64,000 nucleotides of DNA. Origin: Lophium mytilinum (Eukaryota). Every line of letters begins with the position of its first letter. Positions within the stretch are counted from its first letter, which is position 1. Location of the stretch: contig MU004195.1 of assembly GCA_010093605.1 (NCBI GenBank), positions 620,001 to 684,000 on the forward strand. Reading direction: 5' to 3'. The notes under the pieces were generated by a model that was not told the DNA's origin, searched no databases, and saw nothing but the letters and a program-made list of their open reading frames with translations. Shown here piece after piece: positions 11,369-24,114 of this stretch. The position numbers and the translations under genes were made by a program.

Positions 11369-11684
11369 TCTAAACTGGTATAGACGACGACGACTGTACA
11401 CACCACTTCCCGCTTTATTCCTTGGTTCCATCTTCTTACGTCGCTTTAGCGGTCTAGGGGACTCTAGACACGGCGTTCACGGGTCTCAAGTCATTTTCAA
11501 TTTGTACAAATAGCAGGATGTAATTCCTTTCTTCGGAGAACAAGTCATAGACAGGCCGCACCGATCGATATCTTAGGCCGTTATGTCTCTATCAAACCTG
11601 CTTTGCTATCTCGCTTTTGCTAGTCTAGCTCGTCATCTCATTCCAATGCCTCTACCGCATCTCCGAACCCTCCAAGTCAATCCC

Positions 11685-12516
11685 TTATTCAAAGCCCAAC
11701 CAATTTAGCAACCAACTCAGCCAACCCCATCCACCCCACCAAAACAGCAGCAATTCCACCAACCCCAACAGCAGCTTTCCCACCCGAGTCGCAGCCCTCA
11801 AATGCGCTCCCAAGGTATACAACTCATCTATCGCCGCCTCTACCTCCGCAAACGTAACAACCGCCCCCTTCCCAAGCACCCCATCCCTCCCAACCCGATC
11901 CATCCTCACCAACCTCACCACCGTGTCTTGGTGCGCAGCCTCGAAACGCTCTTGGTACAACAACCGCCCCCCGACTGTTCCTGGGAAGTTCGCCACCTCC
12001 TTCACTCCCCACGCCGGATCCGGCGCCCGCCACAACACGTTGACATGGCGCAGCCCGCGCATGCTGAACACGTGATTCATCGGCAGCTGCCAACCCGCTA
12101 GGTGCTGGATGCGGTCGCGCTTGCTGGGGGGGAGCGTAGCCAGCAGATCCCCGAGAGCGCAGCCCCTGTGATGTTGGAAGAACTTTTTGAACGTTAGCGG
12201 CGAGGCGTTAGGCGGCATCGTGAGGAGGATGTCGTCGGCGTAGCTGAAGTAGATCTGCACCGGCGGGTCGGCGTGGGGCTAGATGGTGAGAGGCCGAGGC
12301 GGCCAGGCGGAGGGCTTCGATGCGGGATTCGGAGCCGGTGTGGAAGATGGCGGGGGTTTTGAGGGGTTTGAAGCCGCCGTGGGCGGATTGCGAGAGGGTG
12401 AGGATGCGGGGTGGGGGCATGGCGAGAGCCCAGATGTGGAGGCATAGCTCTGGGGGAAGGAAGGGGATTTTGGGGAATGTCGGGGGTGGGGTTGGGAGGG
12501 GGGTGGGGGAGGACAT
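11685..12516 (-). pseudogene. 2EXR/F-box-like protein, apparently frameshifted near 12260-12300
   Basis: FLPPELCLHIWALA..PRIL..ESRIEAL is in one frame and the expected continuation IYFSY..DILL is in another. No plausible intron lies between them. Confidence 0.55.
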
Positions 12517-14132
12517 TTTGGTGGCTGTTAGGGGAGAGATGAGAGATTGTGTTGTGGTGGTTGCGGTAGTAGTGTTGCAAGTAAGGAAGTGGAGAATCAG
12601 CGTACTGAAGTCTTGAGGTTTTGGGTGGTATAAGTATGGGCAGTCGATATGTACTTGTGTCTCGCGCGGAGAATTGTGAATGAATGATGAATTTCTTTGG
12701 CGTAGTCTCATATCTACATCATATAAGATTCTATCCAGTATAATAATGCTGAAGCTAAAAAAATGTTAACCAATATATAACTCACTTGCGGATTGGACTT
12801 GCGGTAAGACTTAGGGCAAAGTCTTCATATAAGGCGCCGAATCAGGCGTTGATAATATGATACTTTTAAAGTGCTGAATCTGAATCTTGAGGTATTTACA
12901 ATTTAGTTCAACATTGCATATGGACAGGAATTTGAGCTTTCAGAGGAATTGATTGATGTTCAAGGAGCACTTACCCTTGAGGGCAGTTGAAGCTTCGATA
13001 AAATAGCATGCAGAGGGCACTCAAAGCTATGGAGTTCCTTCAATGCCATCATCTCCACTCTTCGCCGCTCTTCGCCGCCCGGAGACAACCTTCACGAATC
13101 TATTTCCATGCACATAGAACCGATACCTTCCATCCTAGCTTCCGAATTCCGAAAGATGAAGCCGACACTCAGATCAAGCCGGTGTAGCGGAAACTTTGGC
13201 CCAGAGCACTGCTCAATATATCGACCGAAGCGGCTCCGACTTCGCAGAAGCACTTAGAACCGAGCTTTTCGCGAGGAGATATCTCGCAGCATAAGACGGC
13301 ACCGAGGAATGCACGAAAGAGTTCCAGAACTCCCCCGGACGGCGGGGCACAACTACCCCACCTCAACCCGTGTTTGTTTCCATTTTGGGTCGCTCAGCGT
13401 TCCTGGTGATGCCTGACGCCTTTGGACCGCGCTGGACCTCGTGATAGGCCGCTACTTTCACCTCAAGAAGGAAATAGTTTCCGCAGTATGGCTGTTGTTT
13501 CTCGAAGTCACTGTTTCTGCATCTAGCCATCGGGATGTTCTACGTCTTCGCATCTCGACTTCAACACTGAGTCCATGCTCAACACCCTGATGTCTCCCAA
13601 AAAGGACTACTAAGCCCGCACTAGGTATTCCAATTGGCTGAAGCTTGGAGATTCCGATAGTCCGACGAATATCCCTGCATTGCGGTACGTACTCCCAGCG
13701 GGATCTGTGCTGAGATCCCACTACCTAAGCTAGTGAATTGTATGTACCTTCAGAGACCTCCCCCCGGGTTTCCTCCGCGTAGGGGTCAATTCAGACTACT
13801 GCAGCTGTATTGCTCAAAATCTGAGCGGTCCATCTACTACGGCAAAACATGCAGCTTGCGGGCCTAAACGGCAATTACTCTTGTGAAACGTGAGCTCAGA
13901 CTCACGACATTCGTAGAGACGGCCGTCTGCCATTCGCCGCAACCCCGCTGCCCCGCACTGTCAACGAGGGGCTTTTGGCAGATGCTCCACCAGTTGGTTC
14001 GCCGAAGGGGCTGCATCACGGAGTGGGGAAGCTAAACCCGGCGGCTTCTGGAGGCACAAATTCGGGAGTCGATGGACAACAATGTGCGCTCTTTGTCTGG
14101 GCCCTGAGGGGTAGTCATGGTGAGTAAAGGTG

Positions 14133-14289
14133 ATATAAAAGCAGGCATCGCGCAGCGCAATCAGACCACAATACTTCAAGCTTCTTTAGTCACGACGTCA
14201 CCACTCTTCGTACCCATAGAAGTGAGTGAACGAGCGGTCATGCCGGCCCCCCTCCGCGGTAGCGTGTACTGACATCACCCCTTGCATAG
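14133..14289 (+). promoter_or_regulatory. FDH TATA box (TATAAAA ~14134) and probable 5'-UTR intron 14222-14289
   Basis: gatataaaagc upstream; GTGAGT donor, TACTGAC branch and CATAG acceptor lie before the ATG at 14370. Confidence 0.55.
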
Positions 14290-14369
14290 ATATAGCTACA
14301 GCTTCCCACGCGTAGCCAACCACCACACCTTCTCTCTTCTGAGCTTCTCCAGCTTGTCCTTCTTCCACA

Positions 14370-15852
14370 ATGGTATTTGCCCGCTCATTTCAGCGCATTG
14401 CGCGCCCTGCCTCCTCCCTACTCTCCGCGAGATCTGCACCCCGCATTGGCGCTCCATTTCTCCGTCAACCACCAAGCGGAGCGCGAGGGCTAACAGCAAC
14501 TTCACGCCAACAGGGCAAAGTTCTGCTTGTACTCTACGACGTAAGTCCCCCCCTCCAATTGATCGCTTTTGCAGCTCGAATTGGTGTTGACGACGGTTGC
14601 AGGGCGGCATCCACGCCGAGCAAGAACCCCAGCTTCTGGGCACCACCGAGAACGAGTTGGGCATCCGGAAATGGATTGAGGATCAAGGCCACACTCTCGT
14701 CACCACCTCGGACAAGGAGGGCGATGGCTCCAAGTTCGACCAGGAGCTGGTTGACGCTGAGGTGATCATCACCACGCCGTATGTGTACCCCGCTCACACC
14801 CTGGATGCACCTATTCAAGACCCACTCCTCCGCATAAGCTTCACGGCAGTTGCTGATACTATCCCAGGTTCCACCCCGGCTACCTCACCGCCGAGCGTCT
14901 CGCCAAAGCCAAGAATCTGAAGATTGCCATCACTGCTGGTATCGGCTCTGACCACGTCGACCTCAACGCCGCGAACAAGACCAATGGCGGTATTACCGTT
15001 ATTGAGGTCACCGGCTCCAATGTCGTCTCCGTCGCTGAGCACGTCGTCATGACTATCCTTACCCTAGTCCGCAACTTCGTCCCTGCCCACGAGCAGATCC
15101 AAGCTGGCGAGTGGAACGTTGCCGCTGTTGCGAAGAACGAGTATGACTTGGAAAACAAGGTCGTCGGCACCGTGGCTGTTGGCCGCATCGGGGAGCGTGT
15201 CCTGAGACGTCTCAAGCCCTTTGACTGCAAGGAGCTACTCTACTTCGACTACCAGCCGCTGGCTCCCGAGGTGGAGAAGGAAATTGGCTGCCGTCGTGTC
15301 GACGACTTGGAGGAGATGTTGGCACAATGCGACGTTGTCACCATCAACTGCCCGCTGCACGAGAAGACCCGAGGACTATTCAACAAGGATTTGATCTCCA
15401 AGATGAAGAAGGGTAAGAAAGCTTCGCTACGATGGCTGGGGCGTCGCTAACGGCATTCTAGGAGCATGGCTCGTGAACACTGCTCGTGGTGCCATTGTTG
15501 TGAAGGAGGACGTTGCTGAGGCTCTCGAATCTGGTCACCTCAGGGGATACGGAGGTGATGTGTGGTTCCCGCAGCCCGCCCCCAAGGACCACCCACTCCG
15601 AACCGCAAAGAACCCATGGGGAGGCGGAAACGCTATGGTGCCCCATATGTCCGGTACCTCGATTGATGCGCAAAAGGTATGCCTGACCCAGCGAAGACAT
15701 CAGCTTACCATGCTAACCAATCACAGCGATATGCTGCTGGCACCAAGCAAATTCTGGATGAATACTTCTCTGGCCGTGAAAACTACAGGCCTCAGGATCT
15801 GATCGTGCACAAGGGCGACTATGCCACCAAGGCATACGGTCAGCGAAAGTAG
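14370..15852 (+). CDS. fdh: NAD-dependent formate dehydrogenase (multi-exon)
   Basis: [69 protein letters not shown], ending ATKAYGQRK*. Confidence 0.97.
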
Positions 15853-16055
15853 ACGAGTTTCCTAGCGTTTAGTTTTGGGTTGTAACAATGAAAAGTGGTG
15901 TTCTTTGGGATGAGTAACGGGGTTCCGCAACATGGAGGGTCATAGATCTTGCAGATAGCTTGAATATGACACACATTCGATCCAAACGCTATGCTTGACA
16001 TTCTTATGTACCAAGAAGGGTATATGCGTCGCTCGCTACTTTTACGCCAACGTGA

Positions 16056-16614
16056 TCATCGCGAGTTTCTTGTTGCCGTCTCTCCCTCGTCGTCGCTGTC
16101 GTCCTTGAAGCCTTCTTCAAGATCTCGACTTAGCCGTCGGTCTTCCTCGCCAACACCGCTCCGCCGCCGCTCTAGCGCCTCCCGTCGTCTTTCATCAATG
16201 TCGAAGCCGACCATGCCTTCGCCCTCTTCGTCGTCAAACAGCTCGTCCTCATGGTCACCACTGGCGTAAGAACCGTCCACGACAGTGTGCCTCCGCCGCC
16301 AGCTCGAGGGAACAAAGAAGGTGTATAGGGCGTCCGAGGCACGCTGCCGAAGTGAAGACGTGCCGGAGGAGATCGAATCCAGCCCGTCTTGAACAGGAAG
16401 GTACTGGTTGTAGCGGTGCCTATGGCGGCGCACAAAGGGCAGGACGAGGTGTGTGAGGAGGAGGTAGACGATGAGCGAGACCAGGGCGGGCACGAGGATT
16501 GTCTGCGCAAGTAACTGTCAGCGTGATGCTTTTCTGTAGACTGCCCGCTGGCCTCGGGGTTGGCGCTGGCGCGAATAGCATAGGTACCTTTAGGAATCCC
16601 AAGAAGCCCGACAT
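16056..16614 (-). CDS. Small single-pass membrane hypothetical protein (exons 16614-16588, 16502-16056)
   Basis: MSGFLGFLK|TILVPALVSLIVYLLL TM segment; C-terminal RRLSRDLEEGFKDDSDDE resembles a conserved fungal hypothetical family. Confidence 0.75.
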
Positions 16615-17185
16615 GGCGATGCAGCAGCCTGAGCGGCGTAGTGATTTGGACGGCGGGTACCTGCAGGGGCGATCTGAGGCGTGGGCGAGCGATCTGTGGT
16701 CTTGGAGAGAGAGGGCTGGCTGAGTCGTGGTTTGCGGAGTGTTCGTTGGAGCTTGGCACCGATGTCTCAATCTCAGGGGTGGCGCATGGGGATCACGGCT
16801 CGACAACCTCAAACCCCCCTTCCCAGCACGAACCCAGACCACGCCAAACTCTTTGACACGCCCCCCAAATGTGCTGATGCGCCCGCAAAGCCTAGATCCC
16901 GTCTGCGCTCACGGCGCGCGTTGACCCACCATCGTCACCGTTCACGGCCGGGGGACACCTTTGTCGAGTTCTCCGAGCCCGTGTTGTTGACGACTGCCGC
17001 CCACTATACCACCTGCACCCCTCAACGCATAAGGCTGTATCAGCCAAGTCGGAACCGTGGCTCACATATCCTAGAGGCCCTGTCTAGGGCATTGCAACGA
17101 CACCGATTCACGCCGCGTGAGATACGATTTGGACCGCCCGCCGCAGCTGCCACCGCCAATACCGATACACATCGCATCCTGCGCC

Positions 17186-20100
17186 ATGCCTTCGAATGCG
17201 CAGCAGGATGGCAAGTCGAGGCAATCATCGGGGGGAAAGGGCTTTTTTGGAAAGAGACTGCACAAGGAGAAGCAGCCCCCCGCCGTTGAAGGACATCTCT
17301 ATCCCGGCACCCCAAGTCAGCCCCCCAGCCAACCCAGTTCGCAATCCTCGAGACATTCGCATAGAGCTTCAGTTGCATCAATAGAGCGGCCAGTATCCAT
17401 GGGGTTGGATTCGGGGCTTTCTATGACCGCAGGCGTCATAACCTCGATTCCCTACGACAACATGCCCATGGACAGTCGTTCACCTGTCCCCGTGGAGTAT
17501 CTACCCAACGACGACCCGAGAGCCGCTCGACGAGCAGAGCCTCTGCCACACCATTTGAATAAAGGAGGAGGGGACTTCCACCAATATCCTGTATTTGATC
17601 CCTCTCGCCCACCTACCAATGGCTCATCCAGCTCCGGTCCACCTAGACCACCGCCGCATGGGTCCGGCACTACCATAACCACCAGTCAGCCTGGCGACCG
17701 AGGAGTGTCGGTACAACAATGGGGGGGTGGGGGCCGGAGTAGCAATGCCAACGGATCCAACAACCAGTATAGCCAGCAGTCGTACCAATCCTACGTAACC
17801 GACTCGTCGAACAACACGCGCACGTCCTCGGATCAGGCCAGCATTTACTCCACCGATTCTAAGCACCGCGACCATCGCCTCTCCAACATGTTTTCGTATT
17901 CAGATAACCGCTCGCAGAGCACCTTCTCTTCTCTTGGTCTTGACAACCAAACCCTCCTCCCTACCGCCGGTGCTATGGGCATACACATGAGCGCGAGAGG
18001 ATCCCACCAGCATCTCCCGCCCAACCACCCATCCGCCTTCTCATCGACTGCATCGTTTGCGCCAGAGAGCTTCAACCTACAACGACCGCCAGACCATGTT
18101 ATAGAAAAGGAGTTTATGAACTTGATGGTAAAACGCGGCTGGAAAAGCTTACCGGAGCAGGCCAGACGGCAGATGGAAGCATACAAGATTGACAAGAAGT
18201 GGACTCTGGTGTATCAAGATAAACTCGCCGAATACCAGCACGAGCAAAAGAAGAGGCAGACGCAACGTACGACCTACACTGGATCTGACGCGATGGGAGG
18301 CATACTCAGCCGCGCAGAAGAAGAGGGAAGCCCCGAGTGGTACGTGCGGAGAGTTATGGACAACTCCATATCAGCAAAGCAACTCCAGAGTCTATCTGTC
18401 AGTCTAAGAACACAGCCTATCGCATGGGTCAAGGCGTTTGTAGAGGCGCAAGGCCAAATCGCACTCACGAATGTACTCGGCAAGATAAACCGTAGGCAAG
18501 GCCAAGGCCCAGCGCCTCCGATGAGGGACCAATCATCACCGGACAAGGACTTGGATAGGGAATACGACATCGTCAAGTGTTTGAAAGCGCTCATGAACAA
18601 CAAATATGGCGCCGATAACGCCCTCTCGCACTCGCAAATCGTCATGGCTTTGGCTGGATCATTAATATCTCCGCGACTAAATACAAGGAGACTGGTTTCC
18701 GAAGTTCTCACCTTTTTATGTCACTGGGCAGATGGTCAGGGGCACATGAAGGTGCTCCAAGCGTTGGACCACCTAAAAACGCAGCAAAATGAGAACGGCC
18801 GATTCGATGCATGGATGCGGATTGTCGAGGTCACCATCGATGGTCGTGGAAAGATGGGGTCCTTGGTCGGCGCTTCGGATGAGGTCCGCAGCGGTGGCAT
18901 TGGAATGGAGAACCTTCTAATGGAATACGCTGTCGCTTCAATGTTCCTCATCAACATGATTGTTGACGCCCCTGAAAGGGAACTTCAATTAAGGATGCAT
19001 ATACGATCACAATTCAGGACATGTGGCATCCAGCGTATTTTGACTAAGATGGAAGGATTTCAGTACGAGGTCATCGACAAGCAGATCGAGCGCTACAGGA
19101 CCAACGAAGCTATCGACTATGAAGATTTTCTCGATACAGAGAAGAATTCGATGGTTGACAGCGTTGAGGGCGAGGTCAAAGATATGAACGACCCTTCGGC
19201 CATTATTGATGCTATCATGAGCAAGATTCAGGGCAGCAAGACCGAAGACTACTTTGTCTCCGCACTACAGCATCTTCTCCTAATACGGGATAATGAAGGG
19301 GAAGAGCGGTTACGCATGTTCCAGCTTGTCGAATCCATGTTGAGCTACGTGGCCATGGACCGCCGGCTACCAGATATGGACCTCAAACAGAGTCTTAATT
19401 TCTCCGTTCAAAGTCTGTTAGATAGGCTGTACACCGATGGCGAAGCCCGCCTAGTACGAGACGAGGCTCTCGAGGCTCGTCAAATCGCAGACTCGGCCAT
19501 TGCAGAACGCGATGAAATGAAAGCCCAGCTCGAGCTTGGCGCCGATGGAGTTGTGGCAAAACTACAACGACAGCTCGAAGAGCAGGCGTCCATTATCGAG
19601 TTACGAGGAAGGCAAGTTGAAGCCATGAAGGCTGAGCTTGCTGAAATCCAACGGATACGAGCGCAAGAGTTGCAGCGCAATGAGCTCGAGACTCGCGAGC
19701 TTTATCTTATGCTTCGCGATGCTCAAGATGTTGCTGCATCTGCGTCGAAGAAGGGCGGTAAAGAAGCTCTCGGTGCCACTGATCCAACTCAAATGCAAGG
19801 TATTCTAGATCGTGAGAAGCTGATGGGTAGACTCGAAATCCAGCTACAAAGGGCAAAGACACAGGCACAGCTAGAGGGCAAGAACATGAACCAAGTCACG
19901 CCGTCCGAGAAGCTTCGTGAACTCCGAGAACGGATGGAGGGCGAGAGCAGTGGACAAGCTCAGGATTACAGCCATTTCAGCAGCATGAATCTAGGTTCTG
20001 TCACGCGGCAGAAAAGTGCTATGCCAAGGAGGAAGCCAATCGGTGGAGACTCCACGATCGAGGAAGATGGCAGGATGCCTGAAGTCAACGAGGATGAGGA

Positions 20101-22748
20101 GGATGTGATCATCGAAAAGCCGAGACTTGTGGAAATGAGAAGGCCGAAGATGAATGCACAACAAGCTACTGGTCTCCTCGGGGAGATCGCCAACAAGGTC
20201 AAGAGATACGATGAGAGCGACGATGAGGAAGGGGACGGTGTCACGACCGGTCCTTCGCATCCAAGTCTCGATTCCGACCCCCAAACGCCCGCAGATACCG
20301 AAAAGGCTGAAACCATCCCACCCAAGGCTGAAGCTTCGGCGATACCTCCACCTCCACCTCCTCCACCCCCTGGGATGCTTGGATTTCCAGCCGCTCCTCC
20401 CGGAATACCTCCACCTCCGCCTATGCCCGGATCTAATAATAATGCTAATATTCCCCCTCCGCCACCTCCGCCCCCTGGAATGCTTGGCTTTCCTGGTGGT
20501 CCTCCCGGTATTCCACCTCCTCCACCAATGCCTGGAATGGGTATCCCGCCTCCTCCGCCAATGCCTGGTCAGATGGACGGCTCTATGCCTCCTCCTCCGC
20601 CACCTGGAGGGTTTATTCCTGGCGCACCGCCCATGCCAGGGGCAAGGCGTGGTGGATTCATGCCACACCAGAACCAGTTCAACGCCGCACCTTCCATTGG
20701 TCTTTCAGTTGCGCGCCCGAAGAAGAAGCTCAAGGCTCTCCATTGGGAGAAGGTCGATGCGCCACAGACCACCATTTGGGCCAACCACGCACCGACGCAT
20801 GAAGAGAAGGAGGAGAAGTACCGCGAACTTAGCAACAAGGGTGTTCTCGACGAAGTTGAGAAGCTGTTCTTGGCAAAAGAGATCAAGGCCATTGGCAAGA
20901 AGACCTCCAAGAAGGACGAGAAGAAGCAAATCATCTCCCGCGATCTCATGCAGAACTTCCAGATCAGCATGTCTAAATTCAGCACCCTGTCCGTCGATGA
21001 GATCGTGCGCAGCATTATTCATTGCGACAAGGAACTGCTAGACAACACCGTGGTCATGGAATTCATGCAAAAGAATGATTTCTCTGACATCCCTGATAAC
21101 ACTGCTAAGCTCATGGCACCGTACTCCAAGGACTGGTCTGGTCCGAATGCCGTGGATAGCAAGCGAGAGCAGGACCCGAACGAGTTGACGCGCGAGGACC
21201 AGATCTACCTCTACACTGCTTTCGAGTTGCATCACTATTGGAAGAGCAGGATGAGGGCGCTTACACTCACCCGGACTTTCGAAGCCGACTACGATGAGAT
21301 TGCCGGAAAGTTGCAAGAAGTCGTCCGGGTCTCGGAATCTTTGCGTGACTCGACGTCTTTGATATCAGTTCTAGGACTTATCCTCGACATCGGTAACTTC
21401 ATGAACGATGCTAACAAGCAAGCCAACGGTTTCAAACTCTCTACTCTATCTAGGTTGGGTATGCTAAAGGACGACAAAAACGAAAGCACCTTCGCCGATG
21501 TGGTCGAGCGAGTTGTCAGGAACCAATATTCAGGCTGGGAAGGCTTTGCGGATGAGATTGGCGGCGTCATCACTGCCCAAAAACTCAACGTCGAACAGCT
21601 CCAGCTCGACGCGAAGAAGTACATTGACACCATCAAGAACGTGCAGATGTCGCTTGACTCTGGCAACTTGTCTGACCCAAGCAAGTTCCATCCTGAGGAC
21701 AGGGTGAGCATCGTCGTGCAAAGGAGCATGAAGGACGCGAGGAGGAAAGCGGAGCAGATGCAGTTGTTCCTCGAAGAGATGACCAAGACCTATGATGATA
21801 TCATGGCGTTCTACGGCGAGGATCCGACAGATGACAATGCGCGGAGAGACTTCTTTGCGAAGTTGGCGGCGTTCGTTCAAGAGTGGAAGGTTGGTGTCTC
21901 TTTCCTCTTCATCTTCTCATATTCTTACGCAATTTGGAGGAGGACAAGGGCAAAGACGAGCGTAAGGAGGAATTCACTTGTGTTCTTGAAGCTTACAACG
22001 TGCACAGAAATCCCGCGAAAAGAACATCGCTCTCGAAGACCAGCACCGCAGGAACGAAGCCTCCATGCGCCGCAAGCAGATCAACCCGGCCCTCGCCAAC
22101 ACAACCGCGGCCTCCTCCGCCGACGGCGCACCCCCCTCTCCAGCTTCTACCGGCGCCATGGACACGCTCCTCGAGAAGCTCCGCGCCGCCGCCCCGCAGG
22201 CCCGCGATCAGCGCGACCGCCGCCGGCGCGCCCGCCTCAAGGACAGACACCAGGTACGGGTTGCGTCGGGCCAAAACATCCCAGAAGTCGGCCCCGGCTC
22301 CGACGACGGCGGCGACGCCGAGCCGAGCAATGTTGGTCTACTAAGCCCCAAATCGGAGGGTGACTCGGACGGCCCTACCGTCGTCAGCCCAACAGATGCT
22401 GAGCAGGACGTTGCGGACCGCGCGGCGAGTATGCTGCAGGGCCTCCGCGGCGACGGGGACGACGGTGTCGCGCGCGACGACAGTCTAAGAGTCCGAAGAC
22501 GACGAGAAAGCGCGGATGATGAGCGGAACCGGAGGAGGAGGAGGCGGCAGGCGGCTGGGAGTAGTGATGATAGAGCTGGTGTGGCTAGCCCGCCGCCGAT
22601 TGCAGAAGAAGGGGAGGATGGGGAGGGCGCGGGGAGTCGGGACCGTGATAGCGGTGGGAGTGGGGGAACTGCGCCGGTCACAATCGTGCATCCGCCTAGT
22701 CCGGAGCAGGAAGTGAGGCGGTTGCCGACGCCGCCTGGGGACTCGTGA
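17186..22748 (+). CDS. sepA: Formin (GBD/FH3, FH1 polyproline, FH2, DAD); intron 21890-22007
   Basis: CLKALMNNKYGA in the GBD, polyproline FH1, KLKALHWEK and IGNFMN..GFKLSTL in FH2, and the MDTLLEKL..RRRAR DAD motif. Confidence 0.96.
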
Positions 22749-24062
22749 GAGTCGGGTTTTGGAGAGAAGGGAAGGGGAGGAGATGTGAATATGCTTAGGG
22801 TAAGCGCGCGTACGCTTCGTTGTCGTTGCAACACCGGCATTCTTTTATCAAAGCGGTTGTGGAGGCGGTCGATGGGATGCTTGTGGATAAACTCACTGCC
22901 TGGCTACATGAAACGAAACTACTCATGTTGGGTGGAGTGGTTGGTATAGCCGTTGATGGATTCGCTGGATGAATGAGAGGGGGGTTATGAGCGATGGATG
23001 CAATGCGACGAATTCGAGGAGAACCGGCTTGGGTTGTTATCTGTGCATATTTGCCAAGAGGAAGGATTGATTCTTCGACTTTAATATGGCTTGTTCCTTT
23101 CTTTGCTCTTCTTCATCTTCTCCTTCTTTCTTCATGAGAATTACTTGGGTGGAGATTGCCGCCTTCTCATGTCTTGGGGTTGTTTGCGGCCCTGGGATGA
23201 GCTTTTGCATAGCGCGCGATTCTTTGTGTGGATGTACTTTTATGTGCGCTGGGCTTGGGGCGTTGGGTGTTTGGGGTGCATGATTCATTGGGGTCGAGGG
23301 GGAGGGGAGGAGAGGGGGAAGGGAGCGTGGGCAAGGTTGGGGAGAGATAGTATCATTTTAATATCTTTCTTCGAGATGTTTTGCGTGCTCTTTCGTCGTG
23401 TAAATTGGAGTAACCCGCCCGTTGAGTGAAACTTACGCTACGGAGCAAAGTCGGAGCAAAGTCGGTGAATACTTGTTATCTCTGGGCAGGATACAGGATA
23501 CAGGCTGATGTGTCCGTAACATTGAGCACATGATGTCGTTATAACGTCAATACCTTCGTTCGGCACCGTCAGGGATGAGGCGGTGAGGGAGGAGGTTGGT
23601 CGAGCCACCTGAGACCGCGGCGAAGGCGTGTATCCAGACCAGACGAAGGGCAATTCACCCGAGATTTTTGACGATGTATAGGAATTATTAGGAGGTCCGT
23701 ATAGATCTATAGCCCGGGATCAAACCCAGGATTTACGTTTACATACAGTAGATCATCACCGTTTCAAGTCCTTCAATACATTTCTGAGGATATGAGCATG
23801 AGTCAAAACTATAGGGAGTCAGAACGGTGGTCGTCTTCTATGTCCTGAGAAGCATGTACTCGCTTTCAGGAACCTTCTAACTTCCAGGAGGGGCTGCATA
23901 GCACCTATGTTTTGTACATCACCGTCGCTTGTAGATCGGTTATCAGCATCATCTACCATCTAGGAAATCACATTAGAAGCTGCAGCATGTTCATCTGTTC
24001 TATGATACTCATAATGGCAGGATCGCAGTCACTTTCACCGCTATTGAAATACCGCTACCCTT

Positions 24063-24107
24063 GATAAAGTTGGCAGTCGCTTAGCAATAGCAACTGCCAG
24101 CTTTATC
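24063..24107. repeat. 19-bp inverted repeat (hairpin) immediately downstream of the HET gene stop codon
   Basis: gataaagttggcagtcgct-tagcaat-agcaactgccagctttatc; 17 of 19 positions are Watson-Crick complementary. Confidence 0.8.
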
Positions 24108-24114
24108 GTCAATT

